From Emiliania huxleyi CCMP1516 (Eukaryota): DNA of 64,000 nt. The notes under the pieces were generated by a model, which saw only the letters and a program-made list of their open reading frames with translations, was not told the DNA's origin and made no database searches. The position numbers were made by a program, and so were the translations under genes. The stretch spans positions 310,001-374,000 of the forward strand of contig NW_005201192.1 of NCBI RefSeq assembly GCF_000372725.1, in the 5' to 3' direction. Positions 11,550-23,305 of the stretch are shown here, one piece after another (positions within the stretch are counted from its first letter, which is position 1; each line of letters begins with the position of its first letter).

Positions 11550-13605
11550 CCTTTGAGGGCATTGGCCATTGCTCGCGCCGACGCCTCGCCCCAGGCGCTC
11601 CGCGACCTCGCGTGGCTCCAGGCGCAGCTGCCGACCGAGATGGGCGGGGTGCAACATCGACACCGCCTTCACGCGAGCCGACAGCGACTTCTCCATGTCG
11701 CTCCTCAAGAACTGGCGTAAGATGGAGGGACGGATGGAAAAAGCCCCCTCTCATGGCTAACCCTGGGCATGGCCTCTCTGGGGGTGAGCTGGGTCGGCCA
11801 CCTCCGGGTCTGCAACTCGCACGGCGGGTCCGCGTCCGGGCAAGCATCTGCGGCCCGCGGTTGTCCTTTCGCAGGGCGCGACCGGCATGGAGATCTGCTG
11901 CCACAGATCTGTGCTTTTGTCGACTATTGCTCGCTCTCTGTGCACTCGCAACGCCAGAGGCTGTGCTTGGAGAATGCGTCGCACTGCTGCTGCGCCTGTG
12001 GATTGAACCGTCTGCCGGCCAAGCTCCGCCGTCACTCGGCTCTGCTTCTCAACCGCCTGCCTCACCTGCGCGAAATCCTTGTTCAGCGAAGTAAGTTGCG
12101 ATTGTTGATGCTTGAGTGCTGCAGCGTTCTCCCGAGCAAGGTTGGAAGGGGCCACGCCTTCAAGCATATATGCAGCAGCCGCGCCTGCTCCGCAAGGAAT
12201 ACGGAACGGGAAGTGCGGTACTGTGCCATCCGTGGACAGGTCACCACTCGATAGCTTCTGCCCGTAGATCGCCGCTGCCTCGCGTCGCAACGACTCTGCT
12301 GGACACAGGTTTGGAAGGCACGTCGCTCCTCAAGGTAGGACTCGAGACGCTCAGTGGCGGCCATGTGTCGCTCAAGGGCGTACCCGGAGATGGCCTCAAC
12401 ATCAGCGGGTATGAGCGCGGCTGCGCTCTCCTCAGCACACTGCACAAACTGCTGCAGCTGCAGTTTGATTGCCTCCACGCCGTCGGTCGTGAATCCTGTG
12501 ACGTCCTCAGCAGGGACGTGAGATTGTATGCCCGTTCGGGCGCCAAAAGATGCTTGTTGCGAGGCTCGCACCCATGCGGCGAGTTCACTGCAGATGGCTT
12601 GATCGCTGCCACGATCAAGCCAAACCGGCAGAAGGCGTTCCAGCTGGCGTAGCCCCCTCCCCAACGGAGTCAGGCGACGATGACTTCTCAAGTACATCGA
12701 TGTCGCCCTTGGGCTCGCTTACGCCGCAGCTCTGCTCCAACGTGGTGTGGTAGGGATTGGAGTGGTCTGACCGTGCATCCTGGTCGAGGCCCTCCGTAGT
12801 ATCGCGAGGCGTCCCTCTTCCCTCGTTTGTATGTAGAGGGATCGTCATCTGAACCCGAAGGTCGGTGTTCAGCAAGTGTGGTGATGGTGAGCCGCACGCG
12901 GTCCTGTGAGTTAGTTGCGGGTGATGGAGGACCCGCGGCAGAGCGAGCCTCCTCGTCCGAGACTTGCATGTTCATAGAGTGTATTCAAAGTACGAAGGCA
13001 CAATTATGTACCGGTTGGGGGAGAGTGGCGCAATTATGCACCGAGTTGTGGCCATTTGCACAACGTCAACGAAGGAGTCGACTGTCTCGCAGCGCGCGCC
13101 GCCCAGCGAAAGCAGTCGGGAAACTATTACGCGCCAATATTTGGGCGCCTATTCGGCGCCCAAGATGCTAATATTAGGGGTCCAGGTGGCAAGACGTGCC
13201 ACTGCATAGGGTGTGGGAATATAGGGATATAGGGATAAGGTGGACTATTCATCACTCTGGGGGGGGGGGGAGGGGAGAATAATAGGTGAAGCTTCTCGAT
13301 ACAGGTCGAGCTACTGATCCTCGTGAGAGTCCTCATACCTCACCTCCTGCGACACACACTTGGAGAGATTGTTTTGTCACGCAGCAGATCTCCATGGCGG
13401 CGGTGGCGGGCGACGCCGAAAACATCAACAAGCAGGCGCGCACTGTGCGCACCAACTGGATCAAGAACAAGCAAGCGGCAAACGGCCTCTTTCTTTCTTG
13501 TCCTCGGCCCCAGTGGGGGGTGCCCGCGCTGCCTAGCTCTGCGGACGGGCCCCTCCACCCTTCACGTACGGATCATGTAGTCCCCACACTCGCTGTCGTG
13601 GGATC

Positions 13606-13790
13606 GCACTTGGAGCACTTGGAGTGCAGTTATCAACCTCACATCCAGGACCGGGGAGCTATTGCGCCTTTTTCTTGTTGGCTTGGAGCACTTGGAGTGC
13701 AGTCATTAACCTCAAATCCAGGGCCGGGGAGCTGAGAAGCGCACCCAGCGGGCCGGATGATCGGTATCGGGTTACGGGCTAGAGAGCCGA
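13606..13790 (+). repeat. Dispersed repeat family R, partial, with an internal tandem duplication
   Basis: Reverse complement of 38408-38520; CTTGGAGCACTTGGAGTGCAGT..GGGGAGCT occurs twice. Confidence 0.85.
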
Positions 13791-13879
13791 CGGGCAGACC
13801 CCGCCCCGCTCGGAGGGCGTGCACCACACAGCACACAGACTTATCTAGGCACTGCACGGCTCTCGGGATTTCTGGGGAG

Positions 13880-14045
<166 letters not shown>

Positions 14046-14074
14046 GCCGCTTGCGCGATCGCGCGCGCTGCGCG

Positions 14075-14170
14075 AAAAAGAAAGGAAGAAAACCGACAAC
14101 CCAAGGGAGGGATGAGAGGACGGCACTGCGCGAGAAAAAATAAAGAAAGAAAACGGACAACCCAAGGGCA
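14075..14170 (-). mobile_element. Two tandem short non-LTR retrotransposon 3' ends
   Basis: Two GAAAAC(C/G)GACAACCCAAGGG copies separated and flanked by GC(G/A)CTGCGCG at 14065, 14123 and 14168. Confidence 0.8.
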
Positions 14171-14246
14171 CTGCGCGCGAGCTCGGGCGCAGCTTTCTTT
14201 ATCCAGCCTCCGTTCGCGCCTCTCTGCCCCTTTTCGAGAGCTGTGT

Positions 14247-15740
14247 ATGGGCCTCTCGCAGTCCGTCCCCGCCGCCAACGAGGCGGTCGTCGCTGCCGTC
14301 GCCGGCGGCGCTCTGCTGCTCCTTCTGCTCCGCCGCCGCAAGCCGGCCGCGGACGAGCCGGAGTCTCGCGCTGAAGTGGCGGCGCTCTACATTCACCCCG
14401 TCAAGTCGTGCGCGCCGGTGCAGCTGGACGCGGCGTCGCTCGACCGGCTGGGCTTCGTGGACGACCGGCGGCTGATGGTCGTGAGTGCCGAGCCGCTCGG
14501 CGGCAACCACTCCTTTGTCACGCAGCGGCAGGAGCCGCGGCTCTGCCTGGTGAGGGCCGAGCTCAGCGCAGAGGTAGTGCGCCTCTCGGCGCCGGGGAAG
14601 CCGCTGCTCGCCGTGCCGCTGCGACCGCCGCACCCGCAGTCCGAGCTGCGCGTGCGCGTCTGGTCCGACACCGGCCTGCGAGCCGTCGACCTCGGCGAGG
14701 CGGCGGCCGCATGGCTCTCCTCCTTCCTCGGTGCCGGCGCAGCGGCCGGCCCGGCCCTCCCTCTGCGGCGGGCGGGTGCCCCGATCGATCCCTCCCCGGC
14801 CCTCCCCTCCGCCCGGCAGGCGCCGACGAGGAGCCCCACCGGCGGGTGCGGCTCGTCTCGTGCGCCTCCTCCTCCTTCTCCCGCCCGCTCGACGCGCGCT
14901 ACGCGCCACTCGCGCTGCGCTGGGCGTGGGGCGGGCCGCAGGTGGGCTTCGCAGACGGGTTCCCGCTGCTGCTCATCAGCACCGCCTCGCTCGAGGCGCT
15001 CAACGGCTCGCTCAGCGCCATGGCCGAGCCGATGCCGATGGGACGCTTCCGGCCGAACATTGTCGCCGCGGGCTGCGTGCCGTTTGAGGCGGGCCGAGCG
15101 GGCGGCGGTGCGAGGGGAGGAGGAGGCCGCGCGGGCTGAGGCGGGCGCGCCCTGTGCCGCAGGAGGACACGTGGCGCCGGATCCGGATCGGCGACATGGT
15201 CTTCCGCGTCGTCAAGGGCTGCTCCCGCTGCAAGATCACGACGACGGACCAGGCGACGGGCGAGCAGGGGTCGCTGGTCGGGGCGGACGGGGCGCCGGAG
15301 CCGCTCTCGGCGTTGAGGGCGGCGGGCCGCGGCGTCGGGTCGGAGGTCTACTTTGGGCAGAACCTGGCGCACGAGCGGCCTCCGCCGCGCCATGTTGCAT
15401 TCGACGATCACACATGCTGTCGTGTTCTGTTGAAGGTGCACGAGTGGCCTCTGCCGCTGCTCGAGCGTGCGGCGCGCTGGCTGCGGGGCGAGCCGCAGCT
15501 GCCCGTGGTGTGCGCCGGCGACCGGATCGAGGCGCGGCGTCAGGAGAGCGGGGGCGGGGCGGGCGAGGCGGCACGCTGCTGACGCGTCCGCGCGCCCGCG
15601 TGCCGCAGGTGCTTGAGCGAGGGCCCCCCGTCTGGGACGAGGAGGCGGTGCGGGAGGCGGAGAGGGCCGAGGCGAGGGCCGAGGCGAGCAGCGCGGCCGA
15701 GGAGGCGGCGGCGGTCAAGGAGGGGGCTCGGTTCATATGA
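14247..15740 (+). CDS. MOSC-domain (mARC/YcbX-like) molybdenum cofactor protein with N-terminal membrane anchor, spliced
   Basis: LYIHPVKSC, DRRLMVV, FVTQRQEPRLCLV, GFADGFPLLL, RFRPNIV, EDTWRRIRIG, KGCSRCKITT, YFGQNL. Confidence 0.92.
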   Translation: MGLSQSVPAANEAVVAAVAGGALLLLLLRRRKPAADEPESRAEVAALYIHPVKSCAPVQLDAASLDRLGFVDDRRLMVVSAEPLGGNHSFVTQRQEPRLCLVRAELSAEVVRLSAPGKPLLAVPLRPPHPQSELRVRVWSDTGLRAVDLGEAAAAWLSSFLGAGAAAGPALPLRRAGAPIDPSPALPSARQAPTRSPTGGCGSSRAPPPPSPARSTRATRHSRCAGRGAGRRWASQTGSRCCSSAPPRSRRSTARSAPWPSRCRWDASGRTLSPRAACRLRRAERAAVRGEEEAARAEAGAPCAAGGHVAPDPDRRHGLPRRQGLLPLQDHDDGPGDGRAGVAGRGGRGAGAALGVEGGGPRRRVGGLLWAEPGARAASAAPCCIRRSHMLSCSVEGARVASAAARACGALAAGRAAAARGVRRRPDRGAASGERGRGGRGGTLLTRPRARVPQVLERGPPVWDEEAVREAERAEARAEASSAAEEAAAVKEGARFI

Positions 15741-16612
15741 TGAGCGAGGGATGCGCCGCGGAGGCGCAGCCGCAGGCCCGCTACTGCTGAGGAGATGGTG
15801 ACGCGGTCGAGTTGGCGAGAGCGAAAAGAACGTCGAAGAGAACGTCGAAGAGGCCGCAGACGCACGAACGAGATGCGTCCACCATGGTCTCTCTGGTTGT
15901 AGGGGGTAGTATTTTATGTATGCGGGCCTTTTTTTTCTTCGCGCGCGACGCGATGGCGGCAAGGCATCTCGCGCCCCGCCCTCCGCGACACGCCGAAGGG
16001 AAGCGCGACCACACGTAGAGCACAACGCCACACAACCGACGTCGGACCGCGGTGAGACCGCGCCGCCCTCCGCGCCCGCCCGCGCCCGCAGCGTGAACAC
16101 ATACGCGCGTCCCTCTCCGCACGGAAACTTTGCGCGCCAGGGTTGTTGTCTAAAGATATAAGGGCCACGCGTCGTCCGCCGTTTATCCCGGTGACCCCCA
16201 GAACTCGCGGACCCGAGGAGTCTGGAGCTTCAGCTGGCGAACCATCCTGCCGCTCTCGGCACAGCAGAAGCGCGAGCGCCGCGCCGCGCAGCGCGCTGCC
16301 GAGGCTCAGGACGCGGCTCGCGGGCAGCGCAACCGCCCGGCGCCGAGCCGGTGCTAGGCCGCCTCCGCTGCGCCTGCTTCCTTGCGCGCCGCTGGACGTC
16401 GGCCGAGAAGACCGCTTCCCTCTGGGGACCCGACTCCGCGAAGATCGCGCGCGCGTCGTGAGTGGCGGCGCGCGCGCGCGCGATCTCCGTTCCCGGGCAC
16501 GCCGGTCGCAGTGGCATGGGCTCCCAGGCTCAAAAGCGCTCCCGTCAACAGCGAGCGAGCGCCGCCGCTGCTCCTCCTCCCGCCGCCGCTCACCGAGACT
16601 CGGTGCCGCCGT

Positions 16613-16659
<47 letters not shown>

Positions 16660-17041
16660 TCGCGCCTCGCCTCCGTCACCGCCGCCCTCCATCTCGCAGC
16701 GGCGCGTCCCTCTGATGGCGCGGGCGCCTCGCTCACGGGCGCCTCGCCGCCGCCCCCCCCCCTTCTTGGGGCGGTCCCGCTGGTGGCCGCGGCCTCCCCC
16801 TGTCAATCCCGCCGCCTCCCTTGTCATCCCGCCGCCCGCACCACCGCCGCCACCGCCTCGGGGCTTGGCCGCCGCCGCCACGAACCGCCCTCCCCTGTGC
16901 CGCTGAGCGCGGTGCAGGGGGCGAGCCCCCGCTGCGCAGCCTCACCGCAGTGCACTGCGCTCTCCGCGCCCCTGACGATTAGTGAGGAGGTGGTGTTGCA
17001 CAGCATGGAGCTCGGCGAGCGTTTAGCGAGCCCCGCAGCTA

Positions 17042-17778
17042 GTGCGAGTATATGGGACAAAAGCGTCGAAAATGTCCCAAAAAGCGTGACTCGAGTTTGT
17101 TGCAGCTCCGCAGCCAGCGCGGGCTGCCAGGACGCACCGCTCGCGCGTTCGGCACACTCAGTGGACCCCACCGAGTGTGCCGAACCAACGGGAGTGAGTA
17201 GGCTCGACGCCGCGCTCGCTGTGGAGCTGCAACAAACTCGCCGCCGAGCGTGCCACCGACGGCGTCCCGGCGGAGGTGATGGAGTGTGAGACCTGAGGCT
17301 GCGGAGGTGACGCCTGAGGTACCGGCCCGTGCACAGCGACTCAGCCGGCGACCGCCACGGGCTCAGACGAGACTTGTCGACTCGTTACGGCTCAGCTTCA
17401 CCGTGGTCATCGGGCGTCTGTCGACGTCAGGACCACCCATACAGCTCGCGGGTTTGAGGTCGCAAGAGCCAAGATGGTGGCGTTTGGACATCCCAACCAT
17501 CACACAAGACAGCCTGTAGGTGATGGCGGGACGGCGCAGTGTTTGTGGCACTCGGCAGTAGGCACCCGCGGCACGGCCCCGCTGTCGGCTCTCACGGGCT
17601 GCGGAACCGGCCCCAGAGGGAGCCGGTCCGGGCGAGTGTGGCAGCTCCTGCGCTAGTATGGGCACCCTCTATCATAGCACTACTGATCCTGGTCATTAGA
17701 GCTGCCAGGGATAGCGTCAGGAGCCGGTAGGAGTCAAAACCACTCATATTTGAGACATCGTGTCCCATATACTCGCAC
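17042..17778. mobile_element. Non-autonomous TIR element with internal foldback
   Basis: Perfect 18-bp TIR GTGCGAGTATATGGGACA (17042-17059 / 17761-17778); TA on the left flank, AA on the right. Confidence 0.75.
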
Positions 17779-18344
17779 AACAACCCGCCAGCCGCGCAGC
17801 AGCCTCAATGCAGCGCAGACCGCATGCTCGCGCCCTGGGCCGCCGACGACCCGCCGACCCGGTCGGGCGGGCTGCGCGGCCGCCGCACACCATCAGGCAG
17901 GCGCGCGACCACCCGCAGCACGCCGCAGCCCACCGCGCAGCCCTGCCAGCCAAGCCTGCGCCTCAAAGCTGCACAAACAGGGCGCACAGCAGAGTACAGC
18001 ACACAGCACACACCGGCGGCGCGAGCGCAGCACACACAGACGCACACGCGAATCCAACACGCACACGCGCACAGCACGCGCGCGCCGCACGCCAGCGCAG
18101 CGCTACACACAGAGCACACTTCCCACCACCAGCAGCAGCAGGCCTGCCACACACAATGCGCACATAGCCACAATGCGCGCGCGCACACACTCCCTCCCAC
18201 CGGCGCACGCATTGGGGTCGCCGTGAGCAACTGAAGCAACCTTAAGCTGACTCCTGACCCCTCCAAGCCAACCCGTAAGCAGGCAGCATAGCAGCCACAA
18301 TGAGGCATCCTGCTGCAAAAAGAGGCACCTCGCTGCCTCCCGCT

Positions 18345-18620
18345 GCATCTCGCGGCATCTCGCGGCATCTCGCGGCATCTCGCGGCATCTCGCGGCATCT
18401 CGCGGCATCTCGCCTAACCGCGCCTAATCTCGCCAAATCTCGCCTAACCTCGCCTAGCCTCGCCTAATCGCCTAATCTCGCCTCATCCCGCCTCATTTCA
18501 CCTCATCTCTGTTTCTAGGCTACTCCGAGACCGACCCGAGACCGACCTGAGACCCGAGATAGACCCGAGATCGACCCGAGATCGACCCGAGATTGACCCG
18601 AGATCGACCCGAGATCGACC
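18345..18620. repeat. Minisatellites (GCATCTCGCG)x~7, degenerate CTCGCCTAA units, and (GACCCGAGATC)n
   Basis: Direct reading. Confidence 0.9.
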
Positions 18621-19387
18621 TCCAAAGATCCTCCGGGGGACCCCCCCCTCAACCCGTGCCGAGTGTCCGTGTCCTTCGCCAATGGGGGGTGCGAGATGCA
18701 CAGGGGAGGCTGGGGAGGGGGGGTCCATTCTGAAGACTGCCGACGGGGGGGGGTTTCTCCCACAGGGTTTTTACCCTTCGCGTGAGGATCGGCGCGGCGA
18801 GGGGGTAGGCTCGAATTCGCCGCGCAACATTTCACCCCCACAGGACCCCGCCCACCCCCCCTCATTGGTCCCACCACCTAGCACCCCAATCTTGCCTTCG
18901 CACCCTCTCCTTGCGTGGTGTCCCCCACTATGTGTCGCCGTCTTCGGGGCACGCAATCTTGTGCAGTTGTCAGGGCAAGTGGGGGCGGGGGGCACTCCCA
19001 TCTCTCCTGTGTACGGGTGGTGGCTGTCCCTAGTCTCGGAGGGGGGCTTGAAGCTAAGAACATTTTTTTATGCATGTAAAGAGTGGAACCAGAAGATTTG
19101 GGTTAGTAGAAAAGATCGGGGTAAAAGATAAGTGCAAGACACGGGTTGGCGTCCTCGGGCCTCCTCGGGGCCGCGTGTAAAGTACACGGGCGCGTGTTCT
19201 CCTATAACCCCCTGCCTTTCCCTCGCTCGCCCGGCTCCCCGGGGTGCGCCGGGCTCGACGAGGGGCCACGAGAGGGTGGACGCTGGCCGCTGCGGGCGTG
19301 TCCGGTAGCGGCGAAGCCGCGGTGTGTCGCTGTCGGAACGGCGAACGCCATATCGGGGCCAACGCGGGGACCGCGGCATCCCCCCAC

Positions 19388-19606
19388 CTGAGGGAGGGTG
19401 TAGAGGATGTAGAGTGTAGAGCGCTGTAGAGATGTAGAGCGCTGGAGAGCGCTGTAGAGCTGTAGAGCTCTACATCCGCCGCGTGACGAACTGCCTGCGT
19501 TGTAGAGCGATGTAGAGCGCGATTTTGCTGTAGAGTTTGTTGTAGAGGCTCTACAGCAAACCCGCCGGGAAGGCAGTGACTCAAAGAGGTCTACACCCTC
19601 CCTCAG
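19388..19606. mobile_element. Family M MITE, inverted relative to 11328-11549
   Basis: Both TIRs present; right flank CTCAAAGG equals the TSD of the 11328 copy, left flank unrelated. Confidence 0.92.
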
Positions 19607-20228
19607 CTCAAAGGACTTGCGGATGCGGTTGTGCGCAAACTCGAGAGCCGCGCACGCGACATTGGGCGGCGTGATGCCGGCAATGTACTTGGTCTTTGCA
19701 CAGGCAATCCGTTGGACGAGGTTGAGGCGGAGCTGCGAGGTGTTCGTGACGCAGTCAGTGTCGACGATCGTGTCGATGACGTCGAGTTTGTTTTTTATCG
19801 ACATGTGGTGTTACTCGATACGACTCCGTGGGGGGGGGGAGCCGAACCAGTATCGGTTTTCTTTTTAGGTGGAATCCTCCAGGAAATGCGTCTCTGCAAA
19901 CTTCGGAGGACGCAGAGACTCAGGAGGGCCACGTGGGAGGTCAAAGCAGATTGATTGAAGAGCATCTTCTGGGGCGCCCTCTGACGATCCTCCGCGTCAC
20001 AATACATTTGGCCAAGCGCGATCCCTTTTGCCTCTCCGCCAGGCCCCGCCCGCCCGCAAAGAGATTCAATGCCTGAGGCGAGCCCGCCCTCCGAGAGCCG
20101 CGTGCCGCCCGCCGGCCAGCGCTGGCCCGCCGCCGACGCCTCCGCCTCGGAGGACGGGTGCACGAGCGCGCCGCCTCAGACTCCGATGCCAACTCCCCAC
20201 CTTCCAAGTCAACCATCCCGCCGGCGCA
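19607..20228 (-). repeat. Inverted duplication of 10262-10660 plus 11120-11327
   Basis: Near-identical reverse-complement sequence lacking the LINE insertion found at 10672-11110. Confidence 0.92.
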
Positions 20229-20264
20229 TGTAGAGCACTGTAGACCGCGATTTCGCTGTCGAGT

Positions 20265-20486
20265 AAAGAAAGAAAGAAGGGAGACACCCCATTCGCTGTC
20301 GAAAAAGAAAGAAAGAAAACAGACAACCCAAGGGAGGGATGGGAGGACGGCACGCCGCCACCACACAGACAGGGATTTTAAGGAGAGGTGTGTGGTGCGC
20401 TATCCGTCGCCCACCCTAGGGAGTCTGCCTCTTCCTATCTCTCTTCGCAGTCTCTCGCCGATTCTCGCTGCAACCTTCATGCCACC
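20265..20486 (-). mobile_element. Two tandem non-LTR retrotransposon 3' ends (about 28 and 184 bp) with TSDs
   Basis: TCGCTGTCGA at 20253, 20293 and 20487 brackets both inserts; the long one matches the reverse complement of about 10930-11110. Confidence 0.88.
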
Positions 20487-20574
20487 TCGCTGTCGAGTTT
20501 GTAGACGAGGGAGTTAAAATTCTTTTTGCCAAACGCCAACAGCGATACACCACGTCAGACGTGCCGCCGCCGCC

Positions 20575-21514
20575 ATGTCTCCTGTGAGAAGCCTGCTACT
20601 CGCCTGCCTCGTTGGTCTTGCCGCTGGCAAGAAGAACGAGGACCCGCGCGACTGCGAGGGTGCGCGCCACGCGAACGGCCCGGTGCCACTCTCTGGATGT
20701 GCGAGCGCTCTGTCACTGCTCTGCACGGCTGTGTGCCTTTTTTTGGATCCCTCTCGCCGCCGCGAGTGTGGGTTGCCGCTCTCGCGGCCCTGCGCAGCGC
20801 GCGAGGGCGGCTCCGCGCCGACTCCGGCCGCGCCGCGCCCTATGGCGGTCGCCTCGCCTGAGTCCGCCCGCCTCCCTCCTGCGCCCGCGCAGTCTGCAGG
20901 GCAGTCATTAGCCAGATTGACGAGCTGGTCACGCCGGCGGAGCGCAAGACGGTGGAGGGCATTGAGGCTGTCATGCAGAAGTACTGCGATTCCGCCAAGG
21001 GCAAGGAGAAGACCATGGTGCGATGCCGCCCCGCTGCGGCGACCGTGGCCAGAGAGTCTGGCTGCAGGCGCTGCCGTCGGCAGTGCGCGGAACCCTTGAG
21101 CCGCCGCCACCCTCCCGCCCGCAGTGCTACTACATGGGGATTGGCGACAAGGAGCTGGGGACCGCCGGCGGCGTGAAGCGCGAGGTGAGCGGCAGCCTGA
21201 GTCGAGGGATCAATGCCAAGCGGCTGTGCACGCGCATGAAGAAGCAGGACGCGCAGATGTGCGAGCTGCGGTACGAGAAGAAGGTGGACGTGAAGAACAC
21301 AGACCTCTCCAAGCTGCGGGTCAAGGAGCTGCGCAAGATCTGCGACGACGAGGGCATCCCCACCAAGGGTGCGCCCGGAGGGGTGTTCTGTGGCACTGGT
21401 GCGGTGGCGTCCCCGAGCCCTGAACGCACACCTCCCGCGCGCGCAGGCTTCAACGAGAAGGGCGAGTTCATCAAGGCCATCAAGGACAAGTTCGGCATCA
21501 AGGACGAGATGTAG
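20575..21514 (+). CDS. MANF: MANF/ARMET-family ER protein (saposin-like plus SAP-like domain), 4 exons
   Basis: Signal peptide, DCEVC, KTMCYY, KKQDAQMCELRYEK, DLSKLRVKELRKI, C-terminal KDEM. Confidence 0.9.
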
Positions 21515-21715
21515 ACGGAGTGTGCGATTGGAGCTATGGGGATGCGTGGCGGGGAGGGCTCCGGATCGTCGGGATTGCCGGGGGCGGCCCTGCTCCGGGC
21601 TTCCGAGACGCCTTATGTGTCCCTCCTAAAAAGAAAGCCCCGCGCTCCGCGCGCAGTGACCAGCAGAGCCGGGGCGGCAGGCTCCCAGGGGCAGGCTCCC
21701 ACAGCGGAGCCATCC

Positions 21716-22917
21716 ATGTCCTCGAAGCTCGACCTCTCGCTCGACGACCTGTGCCGCGTGGACAAGGGCGGGGGTGGCAAGGCGGCCAGCAAGGCCACCA
21801 CCAACCGCGCCTCACGCCGCACCTCGCCGTACGGGGCGCCGGCGCGCCGCGTCACCACGGGCGGCGGTGGCGGCGGTGGCGGCGCGGGAGCGCACAGCTG
21901 CAGCGTCTACGTCGGCAACCTGGCGTACGAGGTGAGCTGGCAGGACCTCAAGGACCACTGCAAGCAGGCGGGCGACGTGCGGCACGCCGACGTGCTGCTT
22001 GAGAATGGCACCGGCCGGTCAAAGGGGTGTGGCATCGTCGTGTTCGGAACGCCTCGCGACGCGCAGAACGCGATCGAGATGCTACACGACACGGAGCTCA
22101 AGGGCCGCCCCATTTTTGTGCGCGAGGACCGCGAGGCGGGCGCGCCGCAGTCCTCGTCGCGCGGCGGCGGCACGGCGCCGGTGAGTGGCGGCTGGCCTGG
22201 CCCTCTGTTAGTCTGACCTCGTCGCCGGAGCCGCTCACCGCCCGCCCCCGCTCCGCTGCGGCAGGGGTGCAGCGTCTACGTCGGCAACCTGGCGTACGAG
22301 GTGAGCTGGCAGGACCTCAAGGACCACTGCAAGCAGGCTGCGGCACGCTCCCCTCTCTCCGCCGCCCTTCTCGCCACGCCTCCGCTCGGCCGTCTCCTCC
22401 CGCCCCTCCCGCCCCGCTCCCGGACCTCCCCGCCCCCTCTCGACGCCCTCTTGCCGCGAGCAGGTCGGCGACGTCGTCCGTGCCGACGTGCTTCTCGAGA
22501 ATGGCACAGGCCGGTCTAAGGGGTGACTCACCCCCGCGCCTCTCCACGCCCCCACGCCCCCTCCCCCTCCCTCGCTCGCCCCCCTCCGTACCCTCCCTCG
22601 CCCACCGCCCTCTTTCCACCGCCCTCCCCACCAAAGGTGCGGCATCGTCGTCTTTGGGTCGCCGAAGGACGCGAAGGCACCACCGCCCCCCCGTGCCAGC
22701 CCCGACGCCCCTCGCCACACCCACGCCGCTCATCCGCGCACCGCCTGCCTCGCCGCCCGCGACTGCCTCCCGACCCGCGCCTGCGCCCCGCCGCTGCAGA
22801 CTGCCATCGACACGCTCCACGACACCGACCTCAAGGGGCGCGCCATCTTCGTGCGCGAGGACCGCGAGGCGGGCGCGGGCGGCGGCAGCGGAGGCGGCGG
22901 CGGCGGCATGTTTTCGC

Positions 22918-22960
<43 letters not shown>

Positions 22961-23305
22961 GACGGGTTGCCAGGTGTACGTGGGCAACCTGTCCTGGGAC
23001 TGCAAGTGGCAGGACCTCAAGGACCACTTCAAGCAGGCGGAACCGCAGCCCCTCCCCCTCTTCCCCCTCTTCCCTCTCCCCTCTCCCTCTTCTGCCCACC
23101 CCTCCCGGACCGCCGACCCCGGCTCTCTCAACAGGCGGGCGACGTGATCCGCGCCGAGGTCAAGGACGGCGCGGACGGCCGCTCGCGCGGCTTTGGCACC
23201 GTCCTCTTCAGCTCCGCCATGGACGCCGCGCGCGCCATCCAAAAGTTCAACGAGTCCAACTTCATGGGCCGACCCATCCTCGTCCGGCCCGACACACACG
23301 CCTAG
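21716..23305 (+). CDS. Three-RRM RNA/ssDNA-binding protein, Gbp2/GBP1/hnRNP-M-like, 6 exons
   Basis: N-terminal KLDLSLDDL; three VYVGNL..WQDLKDH repeats; GRSKGCGIV and [12 protein letters not shown]1 motifs; [11 protein letters not shown]. Confidence 0.92.

Larger units (their letters stand above)
9450..12975 (-). pseudogene. Decayed long intronless ORF, probably ORF1/gag-like of a mobile element, with nested MITE and LINE insertions
   Basis: Protein-like frameshifted segments (12083..12697, 11757..12290) continue across the MITE as AMANALKGLADAVVRKLES, then an Ala/Pro-rich tail; partly duplicated at 19607-20228. Confidence 0.4.
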
